A DNA stretch of 64,000 nucleotides, from positions 80,868-144,867 of the forward strand of contig JACJYD010000001.1 in assembly GCA_020636275.1 (NCBI GenBank). The letters run 5' to 3'. Of this stretch, positions 19,290 through 28,755 are shown in pieces (the stretch's first letter is position 1; each line of letters starts with the position of its first letter). This DNA comes from Lewinellaceae bacterium. GTDB taxonomy: Bacteria > Bacteroidota > Bacteroidia > Chitinophagales > Saprospiraceae. The notes beneath the pieces are model-generated. The model searched no databases. It saw nothing but the letters and a program-made list of their open reading frames with translations, and was not told where the DNA came from. The position numbers and the translations under genes were made by a program.

Positions 19290-19871
19290 ATGGAAGACGT
19301 ATTTATCCACCCCAGCGCCATCGTGGAGGAAGGCGCTCAGCTTGGAAAAGGAACCAAGATCTGGCATTTTTGCCACCTAATGCCGGGCTGCAGGCTCGGC
19401 GAAAATTGTTCGTTGGGACAAAACGTATTCGTAGCCAGTGGCGTGGTACTAGGCAGTAATGTCAAAGTACAGAACAACGTATCCCTTTACGAAGGAGTAG
19501 AATGCGAGGATGATGTTTTTCTGGGACCATCCATGGTTTTCACCAATGTCATCAACCCCCGCAGCGCGGTCAATCGCCGCGGACAATATGCCGTGACACA
19601 CGTGGAACGCGGCGCCACGATCGGCGCTAACGCGACGATCGTTTGCGGCAACCGGATCGGCGCCTTTTCGTTCATCGGCGCCGGGTCGGTAGTGACCAAA
19701 GACGTACCTTCGTTTGCCCTGGTAGTTGGGAATCCGGCGAAGCAAACCGGATGGATGAGCCGATTTGGGCACCGATTGAAATTTGATGAAAACGGAAATG
19801 CCGTTTGTCCGGAAAGTGGCGAGCGATATGTGCTCGAAAATGGCCTGGTAAGTGTTGAAAACCCCGATTGA
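19290..19871 (+). CDS. left-handed beta-helix N-acetyltransferase, WbpD-like (UDP-2-acetamido-3-amino-2,3-dideoxy-glucuronate N-acetyltransferase family)
   Basis: 193 aa of hexapeptide repeats. Strong resemblance to WbpD throughout (IHPSAIV..GA.LG....IWHF.H......G...SLGQNVFV ... [13 protein letters not shown] ... GANATIVCG ... VGNPA.Q.GWMS). Confidence 0.7.
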   Translation: MEDVFIHPSAIVEEGAQLGKGTKIWHFCHLMPGCRLGENCSLGQNVFVASGVVLGSNVKVQNNVSLYEGVECEDDVFLGPSMVFTNVINPRSAVNRRGQYAVTHVERGATIGANATIVCGNRIGAFSFIGAGSVVTKDVPSFALVVGNPAKQTGWMSRFGHRLKFDENGNAVCPESGERYVLENGLVSVENPD

Positions 19872-19884
19872 TAAATAAACCGAA

Positions 19885-21183
19885 ATGACTGTGTACAAAA
19901 AATTAGAAAAAAAAGAGAAGCGCATAGCCGTGGTTGGCCTGGGCTATGTGGGGCTGCCGCTCGCCCTGGAATTTGCCAAGAAATTTCAGGTGATCGGATT
20001 TGATATCAGCGCCGATCGGATCGCTTTAATGAAGCAGGGCATTGATCCATCCAATGAGTTGGAAGCGGAGAACTTCCTCGACAAGGATATCTCCTTCACC
20101 GCGGATCCCAAGGATCTGAAGGGTGCGCACTTTTTTATCGTAGCCGTGCCCACCCCGGTCGACGAACACAAGGTGCCGAATTTGAATCCCTTGCTCTCCG
20201 CCTCCGAAACTGTTGGCCGGTTTTTGAAAAAAGGCGATTACGTGGTCTTTGAATCCACCGTTTATCCCGGATGTACGGAAGAGGATTGCCTGCCCATCCT
20301 CGAGGAACAATCCGGATTGAAAGGAGGGGTGGACTTTAAATATGGCTACTCGCCCGAACGGATCAATCCGGGTGACCGCGAGCGCACGATCGAAAAGATC
20401 GTCAAGGTGGTATCGGGTAATGATGCCGAAGCGCTGGAAGAGATCGCCCAAACCTACGGAGCGATCATCTCCGCCGGCATTTTCCGGGCGGCATCGGTCA
20501 AAGCGGCTGAAGCGGCCAAGGTGATCGAGAACACCCAGCGCGACCTGAACATTTCCTTCATGAACGAGCTCTCCATCATCTTCGACCGGATGGGCCTGGA
20601 TACCAAGCACGTATTGGAAGCCGCTTCCACCAAATGGAATTTTATGAAATTCTATCCAGGTCTGGTCGGTGGGCATTGTATTAGCGTGGATCCCTATTAT
20701 TTGCTCCACAAGTCGAAACAACTGGGTTACGATCCGCAGGTGATCCTGAGCGGACGCCGGATCAATGACGGCATGCCGGCCTTTATTGCCAAGCGACTGG
20801 TTCAAATGCTGATCCACAACGGCAAGAGCCCCGGGCAGTCCAAGGTCCTGGTGATGGGAGTTACCTTCAAGGAGAATGTTTCCGATATCCGGAACTCCAA
20901 AGTGGTAGATCTGATCCGGGAATTGATGCAATTTTCGGTTAATGTGCACGTGACCGACAAGCATGCTTCCCCTAATGAAGTGGCGCATGAATACAAACTC
21001 ACGCTGCTGGACAATATTTCAAATGATTACGACGCCGTCGTGGTGGCCGTCAATCACAAAGAATACCAGAACCTGGATTCGGCCTATTTCCAATCCATCA
21101 TGAAAGACCACCCCATTCTGATGGATTTAAAGGGAATTTACTCGTTTGCCAGTCAGAATGGTTTTACATACTGGAGCTTATGA
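19885..21183 (+). CDS. nucleotide-sugar 6-dehydrogenase (TviB/WbpA/WbpO-like, likely UDP-GlcNAc dehydrogenase)
   Basis: 432 aa with the Rossmann motif IAVVGLGYVGLPLA, the catalytic region GGHCISVDP, and TviB-like blocks (FESTVYPGCTEE, ENTQRDLNISFMNEL). Confidence 0.85.
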   Translation: MTVYKKLEKKEKRIAVVGLGYVGLPLALEFAKKFQVIGFDISADRIALMKQGIDPSNELEAENFLDKDISFTADPKDLKGAHFFIVAVPTPVDEHKVPNLNPLLSASETVGRFLKKGDYVVFESTVYPGCTEEDCLPILEEQSGLKGGVDFKYGYSPERINPGDRERTIEKIVKVVSGNDAEALEEIAQTYGAIISAGIFRAASVKAAEAAKVIENTQRDLNISFMNELSIIFDRMGLDTKHVLEAASTKWNFMKFYPGLVGGHCISVDPYYLLHKSKQLGYDPQVILSGRRINDGMPAFIAKRLVQMLIHNGKSPGQSKVLVMGVTFKENVSDIRNSKVVDLIRELMQFSVNVHVTDKHASPNEVAHEYKLTLLDNISNDYDAVVVAVNHKEYQNLDSAYFQSIMKDHPILMDLKGIYSFASQNGFTYWSL

Positions 21184-21728
21184 GCCAGGAAGTCTATGAA
21201 AACCACCTCGATCCGGTCGAGACGAGGTGGTTTGCAGTCTATACGCGGTACAAATGCGAGAAAATGGTATTCCGGCAGTTGGTCCAAAAGAAAATTTCGG
21301 TCTACCTGCCGCTTCAAAAGCATACCCGGCGGTATACCCGAAAGATCCGGACCGTCGAATTGCCGCTGATCAGCTGCTATATCTTTGTAAAGATCACCAA
21401 AGATGATTACGTTCGCGTGTTGGAAACGGAGAACGTGCAGGGATTTGTTCGCTTTTCCAAAAATTTGATCTCTATTCCCGAATATGAGATCGACCTGATG
21501 AAGCGGATCCTGGGTGAAAACTGGGAAGTTCAGGCGGAAAAGACCTCCTTTGTCGCAGGCGATGAGGTGGAAATCGCCGTGGGCAACCTGGTCGGTATGA
21601 AAGGTATCCTGGTCGAAGCGGATGAAAACAAATCACAAGTGCTCGTGGAGCTGGAGCGGCTGGGATATACCTTGCGCATAACAGTGGACAAATCCATCCT
21701 TCAGAAAACCAGCAGGAGTGGGAAATAA
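21180..21728 (+). CDS. UpxY-family NusG-like transcription antiterminator
   Basis: 182 aa with the N-terminal WFAVYTRYKCEKMV NGN-type motif and a C-terminal KOW-like segment (GDEVEIAVGNLVGMKGILVE). Its start overlaps the upstream stop (ATGA at 21180-21183). Confidence 0.8.
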   Translation: MSQEVYENHLDPVETRWFAVYTRYKCEKMVFRQLVQKKISVYLPLQKHTRRYTRKIRTVELPLISCYIFVKITKDDYVRVLETENVQGFVRFSKNLISIPEYEIDLMKRILGENWEVQAEKTSFVAGDEVEIAVGNLVGMKGILVEADENKSQVLVELERLGYTLRITVDKSILQKTSRSGK

Positions 21729-21739
21729 AATTCAAACCC

Positions 21740-22345
21740 TTGAGCGACAGACATATTCATCCGATTTTTGAAAAACTTCTTCAACGGGAAGAGCGCGAAC
21801 AGCGCCTGGGCCAACGCAGTAAGGTGATCTGGCTTACCGGCTTGTCCGGATCCGGAAAGAGCACCCTGGCCCTTCGCCTGGAACGCCTCCTCTTTGAGGA
21901 GGGGTACTTTGCCCAGGTGCTCGACGGTGACAATATCCGATCCGGGATCAATAACAACCTCTCTTTCAGCATCGAAGACCGGCAAGAGAACATACGCCGG
22001 ATCGCCGAAATTTCCCGCTTATACCTGCACAGTGGCCTCATCACCATCAATTGCTTTATCAGCCCTACCCGGGCGATCCGCGAATACGCCCGGCAGATCA
22101 TCGGTCCGGAGGATTTTCTGGAGATCTACATCAACGCTCCCCTGGATGTTTGTGAAAGCAGAGATGTAAAGGGGCTCTACCAAAAAGCCAGAAACGGAGA
22201 AATCAAAGAGTTTACGGGAATCGATTCCCCCTACGAGGCCCCAGAAAAACCCGATCTGGAGATCCGCACCGATCAGTTGTCGGTACAGGATGCGACCGGG
22301 GTGCTCTTTAAATTTTTGCTACCGCACATTGAGAAACGAATATAG
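21740..22345 (+). CDS. cysC: adenylyl-sulfate (APS) kinase
   Basis: 201 aa with P-loop WLTGLSGSGKSTLA and LDGDNIR. TTG start. Confidence 0.9.
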   Translation: MSDRHIHPIFEKLLQREEREQRLGQRSKVIWLTGLSGSGKSTLALRLERLLFEEGYFAQVLDGDNIRSGINNNLSFSIEDRQENIRRIAEISRLYLHSGLITINCFISPTRAIREYARQIIGPEDFLEIYINAPLDVCESRDVKGLYQKARNGEIKEFTGIDSPYEAPEKPDLEIRTDQLSVQDATGVLFKFLLPHIEKRI

Positions 22346-22380
22346 AAGCCATTTGGCGCGCTGTATTTAAACGACTGTTT

Positions 22381-23283
22381 ATGAACTATCATCTAAACCA
22401 CCTGAAAGAACTGGAGTCGGAGTCCATCTTCGTTATTCGCGAAGTAGCCTCCCAATTTGAAAATCCGGTGATCCTTTTCTCGGGAGGTAAGGACTCCATT
22501 TTGCTGACCTATCTGGCACAGAAGGCCTTTTACCCTGCCCGGATCCCCTGTCCCCTGTTGCACATCGACACCGGGCATAATTTCCCGGAAACCATGGAAT
22601 ACCGCGACCGGCTGGTCAAACGCCTGGGCGTTAAACTGGTCGTGGGCTCCGTGCAGGAAGCGATCGACAAGGGACGCGCTGTGGAGGAAAAAGGATATAA
22701 TGCCAGCCGGAACGCCCTTCAGACCCAGGTACTACTCGACACCCTGGAGGCAGGAAAATATGATGCCGCGATGGGCGGAGGACGGAGAGATGAAGAAAAG
22801 GCACGGGCCAAGGAACGCTTCTTCTCCCATCGCGATGAGTTTGGTCAATGGGATCCGAAGAACCAACGCCCCGAGCTCTGGAATCTCTTCAATAGCCGGA
22901 AGCATATCGGGGAGCACTTCCGCGTGTTTCCCATCAGTAACTGGACGGAATTGGATGTCTGGCAGTACCTCCTCATGGAAAAGGTCGAATTGCCCTCCCT
23001 CTATTTCTCGCATCAACGGGAGTGTTTCGTCCGGGACGGCGTGATCTACGCAGATTCCGATTACATCCGCAAGCGACCTGAAGAAAAAGTAGAGCGCATG
23101 CAAGTCCGATTCCGGACCATAGGCGACATGACCTGTACGGGAGCCTCGTATTCGGATGCCAACACGCTGGAGAAGATCGTAGCAGAGGTGGCCGCTTCCC
23201 GCGTTACCGAGCGCGGCACCCGCGCCGACGACAAACGCTCCGAAACAGCGATGGAAGACCGGAAAAAACAAGGGTATTTTTAA
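22381..23283 (+). CDS. cysD: sulfate adenylyltransferase subunit 2
   Basis: 300 aa with the PAPS-reductase-like fold. FSGGKDSILL and the C-terminal ...RADDKRSETAMEDRKKQGYF are typical of CysD. Confidence 0.9.
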   Translation: MNYHLNHLKELESESIFVIREVASQFENPVILFSGGKDSILLTYLAQKAFYPARIPCPLLHIDTGHNFPETMEYRDRLVKRLGVKLVVGSVQEAIDKGRAVEEKGYNASRNALQTQVLLDTLEAGKYDAAMGGGRRDEEKARAKERFFSHRDEFGQWDPKNQRPELWNLFNSRKHIGEHFRVFPISNWTELDVWQYLLMEKVELPSLYFSHQRECFVRDGVIYADSDYIRKRPEEKVERMQVRFRTIGDMTCTGASYSDANTLEKIVAEVAASRVTERGTRADDKRSETAMEDRKKQGYF

Positions 23284-23300
23284 GAGGGTATAAGATTATA

Positions 23301-23336
23301 AGGGTATAAGTTTTTATCGGTAAAAACTTATACCCT
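23301..23336 (+). other. 16-bp perfect hairpin in the cysD-cysN spacer
   Basis: AGGGTATAAGTTTTTA (23301-23316) pairs perfectly with TAAAAACTTATACCCT (23321-23336) around loop TCGG. An extra direct copy of AGGGTATAAG lies at 23284-23293. No flanking T-run. Confidence 0.6.
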
Positions 23337-23358
23337 GATAATCTCAAAAACAAATAAA

Positions 23359-24624
23359 ATGCACGAAATCGATTATACCGATATGGAACTGCTTCGCTTT
23401 ACGACAGCGGGCAGCGTAGACGACGGCAAAAGCACCCTGATCGGGCGTTTGTTGTACGATAGCAAGTCTATTTTAGAAGATCAGTATGAAGCGGTTCGCC
23501 TGAGCAGTGAACGCCGGGGCGAAAAAGAGGTAAACCTGGCCTTGCTGACAGACGGGCTCAAGGCCGAACGCGAACAAGGGATCACGATCGATGTGGCCTA
23601 CCGCTATTTTTCCACGCCCAAGCGCAAATTCATCATTGCGGATACGCCCGGCCATATTCAGTATACCCGCAATATGGTGACCGGCGCATCCACCGCCAAC
23701 GTAGCGCTCATTTTGGTGGACGCCCGGCAAGGGGTACTGGAACAGACCCGCAGGCATTCCATCATCGCCTCCCTCCTGCAAATTCCGCACATGGTGGTCT
23801 GTGTCAACAAAATGGACCTGGTGGATTACAATGAGGAGACCTATGAGAGTATCCGGCATGATTTTGAGAATTTCGCTTCCAAACTCGATGTGCACGATAT
23901 CTCGTTCATTCCGATCTCTGCCCTGAGAGGCGATAATGTCGTCAGCCGTTCCAAAAGTATGGACTGGTACCAGGGCCCAACCTTGATGTACTACCTGGAG
24001 AACGTCCATATCGCAAGCGACCACAACTTTATCGACTGCCGGTTTCCGGTGCAATACGTGGTCCGACCGAATACGGATGAATTTCACGATTATCGCGGGT
24101 ATTCCGGGCGGGTTTCCGGAGGTATTTTCCGGAAAGGAGACCGGGTACTGCTCCTGCCAAGCGGATTTACTTCTACCATTTCAAAGATCGATACGTTCGA
24201 TGGAGAAGTGGATGAAGCTTTTCCTCCGATGTCTGCAACCTTGCTTTTGGAAAATGACATTGATATCAGCCGGGGCGACATGATCGTGCGGGAAAACAAT
24301 ATTCCCCAGATCACCCAGGATATTGAGGCGATGGTTTGCTGGTTCAATGAGCGCCCATTGCAGCTAAACGGGAAATACGCCCTCCGGCATACCACCCAGG
24401 AGATGCGTTGTGTCATAAAGGAAATCCGGTACAAACTGGACATCAACACCTTGCACCGCAACCTCGAGGACAAGCATATTGTAATGAACGATATCGCCCG
24501 GATCGTGCTGCGGACCACCAAACCCATTTTTGCAGATCCCTACCGGAAAAACAGGATCACCGGCAGCCTGATCCTGATCGACGAAGGCACCAATGAGACC
24601 GTTGGGGCGGGGATGATCATTTAA
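23359..24624 (+). CDS. cysN: sulfate adenylyltransferase subunit 1 (GTPase)
   Basis: 421 aa with GTPase motifs GSVDDGKST, DTPGH and NKMD. No fused APS kinase domain. Confidence 0.9.
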   Translation: MHEIDYTDMELLRFTTAGSVDDGKSTLIGRLLYDSKSILEDQYEAVRLSSERRGEKEVNLALLTDGLKAEREQGITIDVAYRYFSTPKRKFIIADTPGHIQYTRNMVTGASTANVALILVDARQGVLEQTRRHSIIASLLQIPHMVVCVNKMDLVDYNEETYESIRHDFENFASKLDVHDISFIPISALRGDNVVSRSKSMDWYQGPTLMYYLENVHIASDHNFIDCRFPVQYVVRPNTDEFHDYRGYSGRVSGGIFRKGDRVLLLPSGFTSTISKIDTFDGEVDEAFPPMSATLLLENDIDISRGDMIVRENNIPQITQDIEAMVCWFNERPLQLNGKYALRHTTQEMRCVIKEIRYKLDINTLHRNLEDKHIVMNDIARIVLRTTKPIFADPYRKNRITGSLILIDEGTNETVGAGMII

Positions 24625-24633
24625 AAAGAAAAG

Positions 24634-25665
24634 ATGAAAATATTGATCACCGGAGCAGCCGGATTCATTGGCTATCACTTTGCCAAACGGCTGCTCCGGG
24701 AAACCGATTATGAGATCGTCGGGATCGATAATCTCAACGATTATTACGATCCGGCTATCAAAGCGGCCCGGTTGCGCAATCTGGGGATCGAGCAACCGGC
24801 TTCCAATTCGGTCAGTGTCTCTTTTCCCCGTTTTCATTTTTATCCGGCCGATCTGGAAGACGGTGCGACGATCAACCGGCTCTTCGAACAGCATGGGTTT
24901 GATGTTTGCGTCAACCTCGCCGCCCAGGCCGGTGTGCGCTACAGCCTCGAAAATCCGCACCCCTACGTATCCACCAACGTGGGCGGATTTTTGAACATTC
25001 TGGAAGCCGCCCGCCACTTCGGCATTCGGCATCTCATCTACGCCAGCAGTTCCAGCGTGTACGGCAACAACCGGAAAATGCCATTCTCTCCTGCCGATGC
25101 CGTCGACCACCCCGTGAGTCTATATGCGGCAACCAAGCGGGCCAACGAATTGATGGCCCATACCTACAGCCATTTATTCGGCATCCCGACTACGGGCTTG
25201 CGGTTCTTTACCGTCTACGGCCCTCTCGGCAGACCGGACATGGCCTATTTTCATTTCACGAAAAATATCCTGGAAGGCCGGCCGATCAAGGTGTTCAACC
25301 ACGGACAAATGAAGCGCGACTTTACCTATGTCGACGATATTGCCGAGGCCATGTACCGCTTGCTCGATAAAGCCCCCGCCCCCGGAAAGAACGGCGAGGG
25401 CCCAGACCATTCGGACGCCCCCTTCGCACTCTACAACATCGGCAATCATCAGCCTGTACCACTGATGCATTTCATCGAGACCATCGAACGAACCGTGGAA
25501 AAGAAGGCGAATATCGAATGGCTCCCCATGCAGCCCGGCGATCTGGAAGAAACCTATGCCGATATCAGGGGCCTGCAGGACCTGGTAGATTTTCAACCCT
25601 CGACGCCGTTGGAAGTCGGTTTACCCCGATTCATTGAATGGTACCGGGCGTTTTATGGCGTGTAA
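24634..25665 (+). CDS. NAD-dependent nucleotide-sugar 4-epimerase (UDP-glucuronate / UDP-GlcNAcA 4-epimerase family, TviC/Cap1J-like)
   Basis: 343 aa extended SDR with TGAAGFIG, the catalytic YAATK, and RFFTVYGP.GRPDMA typical of the UDP-uronate 4-epimerase subfamily. Confidence 0.75.
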   Translation: MKILITGAAGFIGYHFAKRLLRETDYEIVGIDNLNDYYDPAIKAARLRNLGIEQPASNSVSVSFPRFHFYPADLEDGATINRLFEQHGFDVCVNLAAQAGVRYSLENPHPYVSTNVGGFLNILEAARHFGIRHLIYASSSSVYGNNRKMPFSPADAVDHPVSLYAATKRANELMAHTYSHLFGIPTTGLRFFTVYGPLGRPDMAYFHFTKNILEGRPIKVFNHGQMKRDFTYVDDIAEAMYRLLDKAPAPGKNGEGPDHSDAPFALYNIGNHQPVPLMHFIETIERTVEKKANIEWLPMQPGDLEETYADIRGLQDLVDFQPSTPLEVGLPRFIEWYRAFYGV

Positions 25666-25703
25666 AGTGGTTTATTAACCTCATATTCTCCAAAACGACA
25701 AAA

Positions 25704-26789
25704 ATGAAGATCCTCCAAATAGTAGGCGCACGCCCCAATTTTATGAAAGTAGCTCCTCTGCACCGGGCGTTTTCCGGCAGACAGGGAGTGGTTTCGAAGA
25801 TCGTTCATACAGGCCAGCACTACGATGCGAAGATGAGCGACGTCTTTTTTAACCAACTGGAATTGCCGGAGCCCGACCACTACCTGGGCGTTGGAGGTGG
25901 GACACATACCCAACAGACAGCCCGCATCATGTTAAAGTTTGAGGAGGTCATGAACGAAGAAAAGCCGGATCTGGTATTAGTCGTGGGCGATGTAACCTCT
26001 ACCATAGCCTGCGCCCTGGTAGCCGTAAAAATGGGGGTGCCGGTGGCGCACGTCGAAGCCGGCTTGCGCAGCGGCGACCGGACGATGCCCGAGGAGATCA
26101 ACCGGATATTGACGGACAGTATCTCAGATCATTTGTTTGTAACCGAACAAAGCGGCCTCGTTAACCTGGCCAAAGAAGGGGTGGCAGACGAGAAGGTCCA
26201 TTTTACGGGAAATGTGATGATCGATTCCCTGATCTATTACCGCGAAAAAGCAAGAAAACTCCCCAACCTGGATGCATTGGGCCTGGAAAAAGGCGAATAC
26301 GTGCTGATGACCATGCACCGCCCTTCCAACGTCGACTATCAGGAGGGCTTGCAGAACATATACAGGATCATTGAGTCTATTTCCCCGCACAAAAAAGTAG
26401 TTTTTCCCATCCATCCCCGTACAGCCAACAATGCAGAGAAATTGGGCCTTTTGGATTCCTGGAAAGCCATGCCCGGCCTTCAAATGCTCGAACCGCAGGG
26501 CTACCTCGAGTTCCTGAACCTGATGCAAAATGCCTTTTTGTTGGTGACCGATTCAGGGGGGATACAAGAGGAGACCACTTATTTACAAGTGCCCTGCTTT
26601 ACTTTCCGCAACAGCACCGAACGACCGGTGACGGTAACCCTGGGCACCAACCGATTGTTTCCCGATTTGGACCCCGAGCGCATTTCTGCCCACTTTCAGA
26701 AATTACTTTCAGGAGAAAGCCAGAAAGGAACCATTCCCCCATTCTGGGATGGGATGGCTGCGGAACGGATCGCCGCCATCCTGTCTTAA
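25704..26789 (+). CDS. wecB: UDP-N-acetylglucosamine 2-epimerase (non-hydrolysing)
   Basis: MKILQIVGARPNFMKVAPL... plus HTGQHYD and DSGGIQEE motifs. I prefer the ATG at 25704 over the upstream in-frame start at 25638, which overlaps the epimerase gene. Confidence 0.85.
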   Translation: MKILQIVGARPNFMKVAPLHRAFSGRQGVVSKIVHTGQHYDAKMSDVFFNQLELPEPDHYLGVGGGTHTQQTARIMLKFEEVMNEEKPDLVLVVGDVTSTIACALVAVKMGVPVAHVEAGLRSGDRTMPEEINRILTDSISDHLFVTEQSGLVNLAKEGVADEKVHFTGNVMIDSLIYYREKARKLPNLDALGLEKGEYVLMTMHRPSNVDYQEGLQNIYRIIESISPHKKVVFPIHPRTANNAEKLGLLDSWKAMPGLQMLEPQGYLEFLNLMQNAFLLVTDSGGIQEETTYLQVPCFTFRNSTERPVTVTLGTNRLFPDLDPERISAHFQKLLSGESQKGTIPPFWDGMAAERIAAILS

Positions 26790-26841
26790 ACCAAATTTTG
26801 CCGTACTTTTGCCAGGCGATTGCCCGTATGTAAAGCGTTTT

Positions 26842-27582
26842 ATGAAAATATCCATCGTCACGGTCACACTCAATCGGTGCGACACCCTTCGGGATGCCAT
26901 TGAAAGCGTGTTGTCGCAAACCATTCCGGTCGAGCATATCATTGTGGATGGCGGATCGACGGACGGGACGATGGATCTGGTGCAATCTTACGGAACACGG
27001 ATAGCCCGGTGGATCTCCGAACCCGATCAGGGCATCTACGACGCGATGAACAAGGGGATCCAATTGGCAACCGGCGATATCGTCGGCATACTTAACGCCG
27101 ACGATTTTTACCGGCACGAACAAGTATTGAAGCGGGTAATGAACGTTTTTGAAAAAGAAGGAGTGGATAGCGTTTACGGCGACCTGGAGTATGTGGACCC
27201 CCTGCAAACCGAACGAGTCGTCCGCGCCTGGAAAGCGGGCCGTTTCGAGGCGGAAGATTTTCTCCTGGGTTGGATGCCACCGCATCCTACTTTCTTCGTC
27301 AAAAAAAAGGTGTACGATCAACACGGATTATACCGGCCTCAATTTTTATCCGCGGGCGATTACGAAATGATGCTTCGCCTATTGTACAAACACCGGATAT
27401 CGACGGCCTATCTTCCGGAGGTGTTGGTGCGTATGCGCACAGGAGGGGTGAGCAACCGAAATATCTGGCGACGGCTGGCGGCCAATGCTGAAGACCGGCA
27501 AGCCTGGCGAGTTAACGGGATCAAGGCCCCCTTTTATACGACCATTCTGAAACCCCTCCGAAAGGTGGGGCAGTTTTTCTAA
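26842..27582 (+). CDS. family 2 glycosyltransferase
   Basis: MKISIVTVTLNRCDTLRDAIESVLSQT...HIIVDGGSTDGT... is the classic GT2 N-terminus, followed by an NADD(F) DxD-like motif. The start is taken at the ATG at 26842. Confidence 0.8.
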   Translation: MKISIVTVTLNRCDTLRDAIESVLSQTIPVEHIIVDGGSTDGTMDLVQSYGTRIARWISEPDQGIYDAMNKGIQLATGDIVGILNADDFYRHEQVLKRVMNVFEKEGVDSVYGDLEYVDPLQTERVVRAWKAGRFEAEDFLLGWMPPHPTFFVKKKVYDQHGLYRPQFLSAGDYEMMLRLLYKHRISTAYLPEVLVRMRTGGVSNRNIWRRLAANAEDRQAWRVNGIKAPFYTTILKPLRKVGQFF

Positions 27583-27630
27583 ACTTTTTTCTGTTGGTCT
27601 ACCGGACCAATGGTAAAAAAAAACTTTTTT

Positions 27631-28743
27631 ATGAAAAAAGCGCTCATTACAGGGGTTACCGGGCAGGATGGCGCCTACTTGTCCGAATTCCTTTTGAAAA
27701 AGGGCTATGAAGTGCACGGCATCAAACGGCGCAGTTCGCTATTTAACACCGAACGGGTAGACAGCATATACGAAGATCCGCATATCGACAACCGCCATTT
27801 CATTTTGCACTACGGCGACCTGACCGACTCGACCAACCTCATTCGCATTATCCAGGAGGTGCGGCCTGACGAGATCTACAACCTGGGGGCGATGTCGCAC
27901 GTGAAGGTGAGTTTTGAAATGCCGGAATACACGGCCGACGTCGATGCCATGGGGGCGCTTCGCCTGCTGGAGGCCATCCGGATACTGGGCCTGAAAGACA
28001 AGACCCGTTACTACCAGGCTTCTACGTCCGAACTCTATGGCCTGGTGCAGGAGGTGCCCCAGTCCGAGCGCACGCCGTTTTATCCGCGATCGCCCTATGC
28101 CGTGGCCAAGTTGTATGCCTATTGGATCACCGTTAATTACCGGGAGGCCTATGGGGTGTATGCCACCAATGGTATCCTGTTCAACCACGAGAGTCCGTTG
28201 CGGGGAGAGACATTTGTAACGCGGAAGATTACGCGTGCGGTTGCCAAGATCGGGCTTGGACTTCAGGATAAAGTGTTCCTTGGCAATCTCGACGCCAAGC
28301 GCGACTGGGGCCATACCAAGGATTTTGTGGAAGCTATGTGGCTGATGTTGCAGCAATCCGAACCGGAGGATTTCGTGATCGCGACCGGTACGACCACTAC
28401 GGTCCGCGAATTTGCCGTGAAGGCGTTCCGGCAGGTAGGCGTTGAATTGGCATTCAAAGGGAGCGGGATCGACGAGGTGGGGTATGTAGCTTCCTCGGGC
28501 AATCCGGATTTTCCATTGGAAGTGGGTAAGGAAGTATTGGCGATCGATCCGCGCTATTTCCGCCCCACAGAGGTTGATTTGCTGATCGGCGACCCCAAAA
28601 AGGCTAAGGAAAAACTGGGGTGGAATCCCCATCATACCCTCGACGATCTCATTGAGGAAATGGTGCATGCCGATATTCAGCTGTTCCGGCGCGATCAATT
28701 GTTAAAAGACGCTGGTTTTCAAATAAAAAATGAATTCGAATAG
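27631..28743 (+). CDS. gmd: GDP-mannose 4,6-dehydratase
   Basis: [36 protein letters not shown]... with catalytic [10 protein letters not shown] and [17 protein letters not shown] blocks. Confidence 0.9.
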   Translation: MKKALITGVTGQDGAYLSEFLLKKGYEVHGIKRRSSLFNTERVDSIYEDPHIDNRHFILHYGDLTDSTNLIRIIQEVRPDEIYNLGAMSHVKVSFEMPEYTADVDAMGALRLLEAIRILGLKDKTRYYQASTSELYGLVQEVPQSERTPFYPRSPYAVAKLYAYWITVNYREAYGVYATNGILFNHESPLRGETFVTRKITRAVAKIGLGLQDKVFLGNLDAKRDWGHTKDFVEAMWLMLQQSEPEDFVIATGTTTTVREFAVKAFRQVGVELAFKGSGIDEVGYVASSGNPDFPLEVGKEVLAIDPRYFRPTEVDLLIGDPKKAKEKLGWNPHHTLDDLIEEMVHADIQLFRRDQLLKDAGFQIKNEFE

Positions 28744-28755
28744 AAGCGGATTGGT

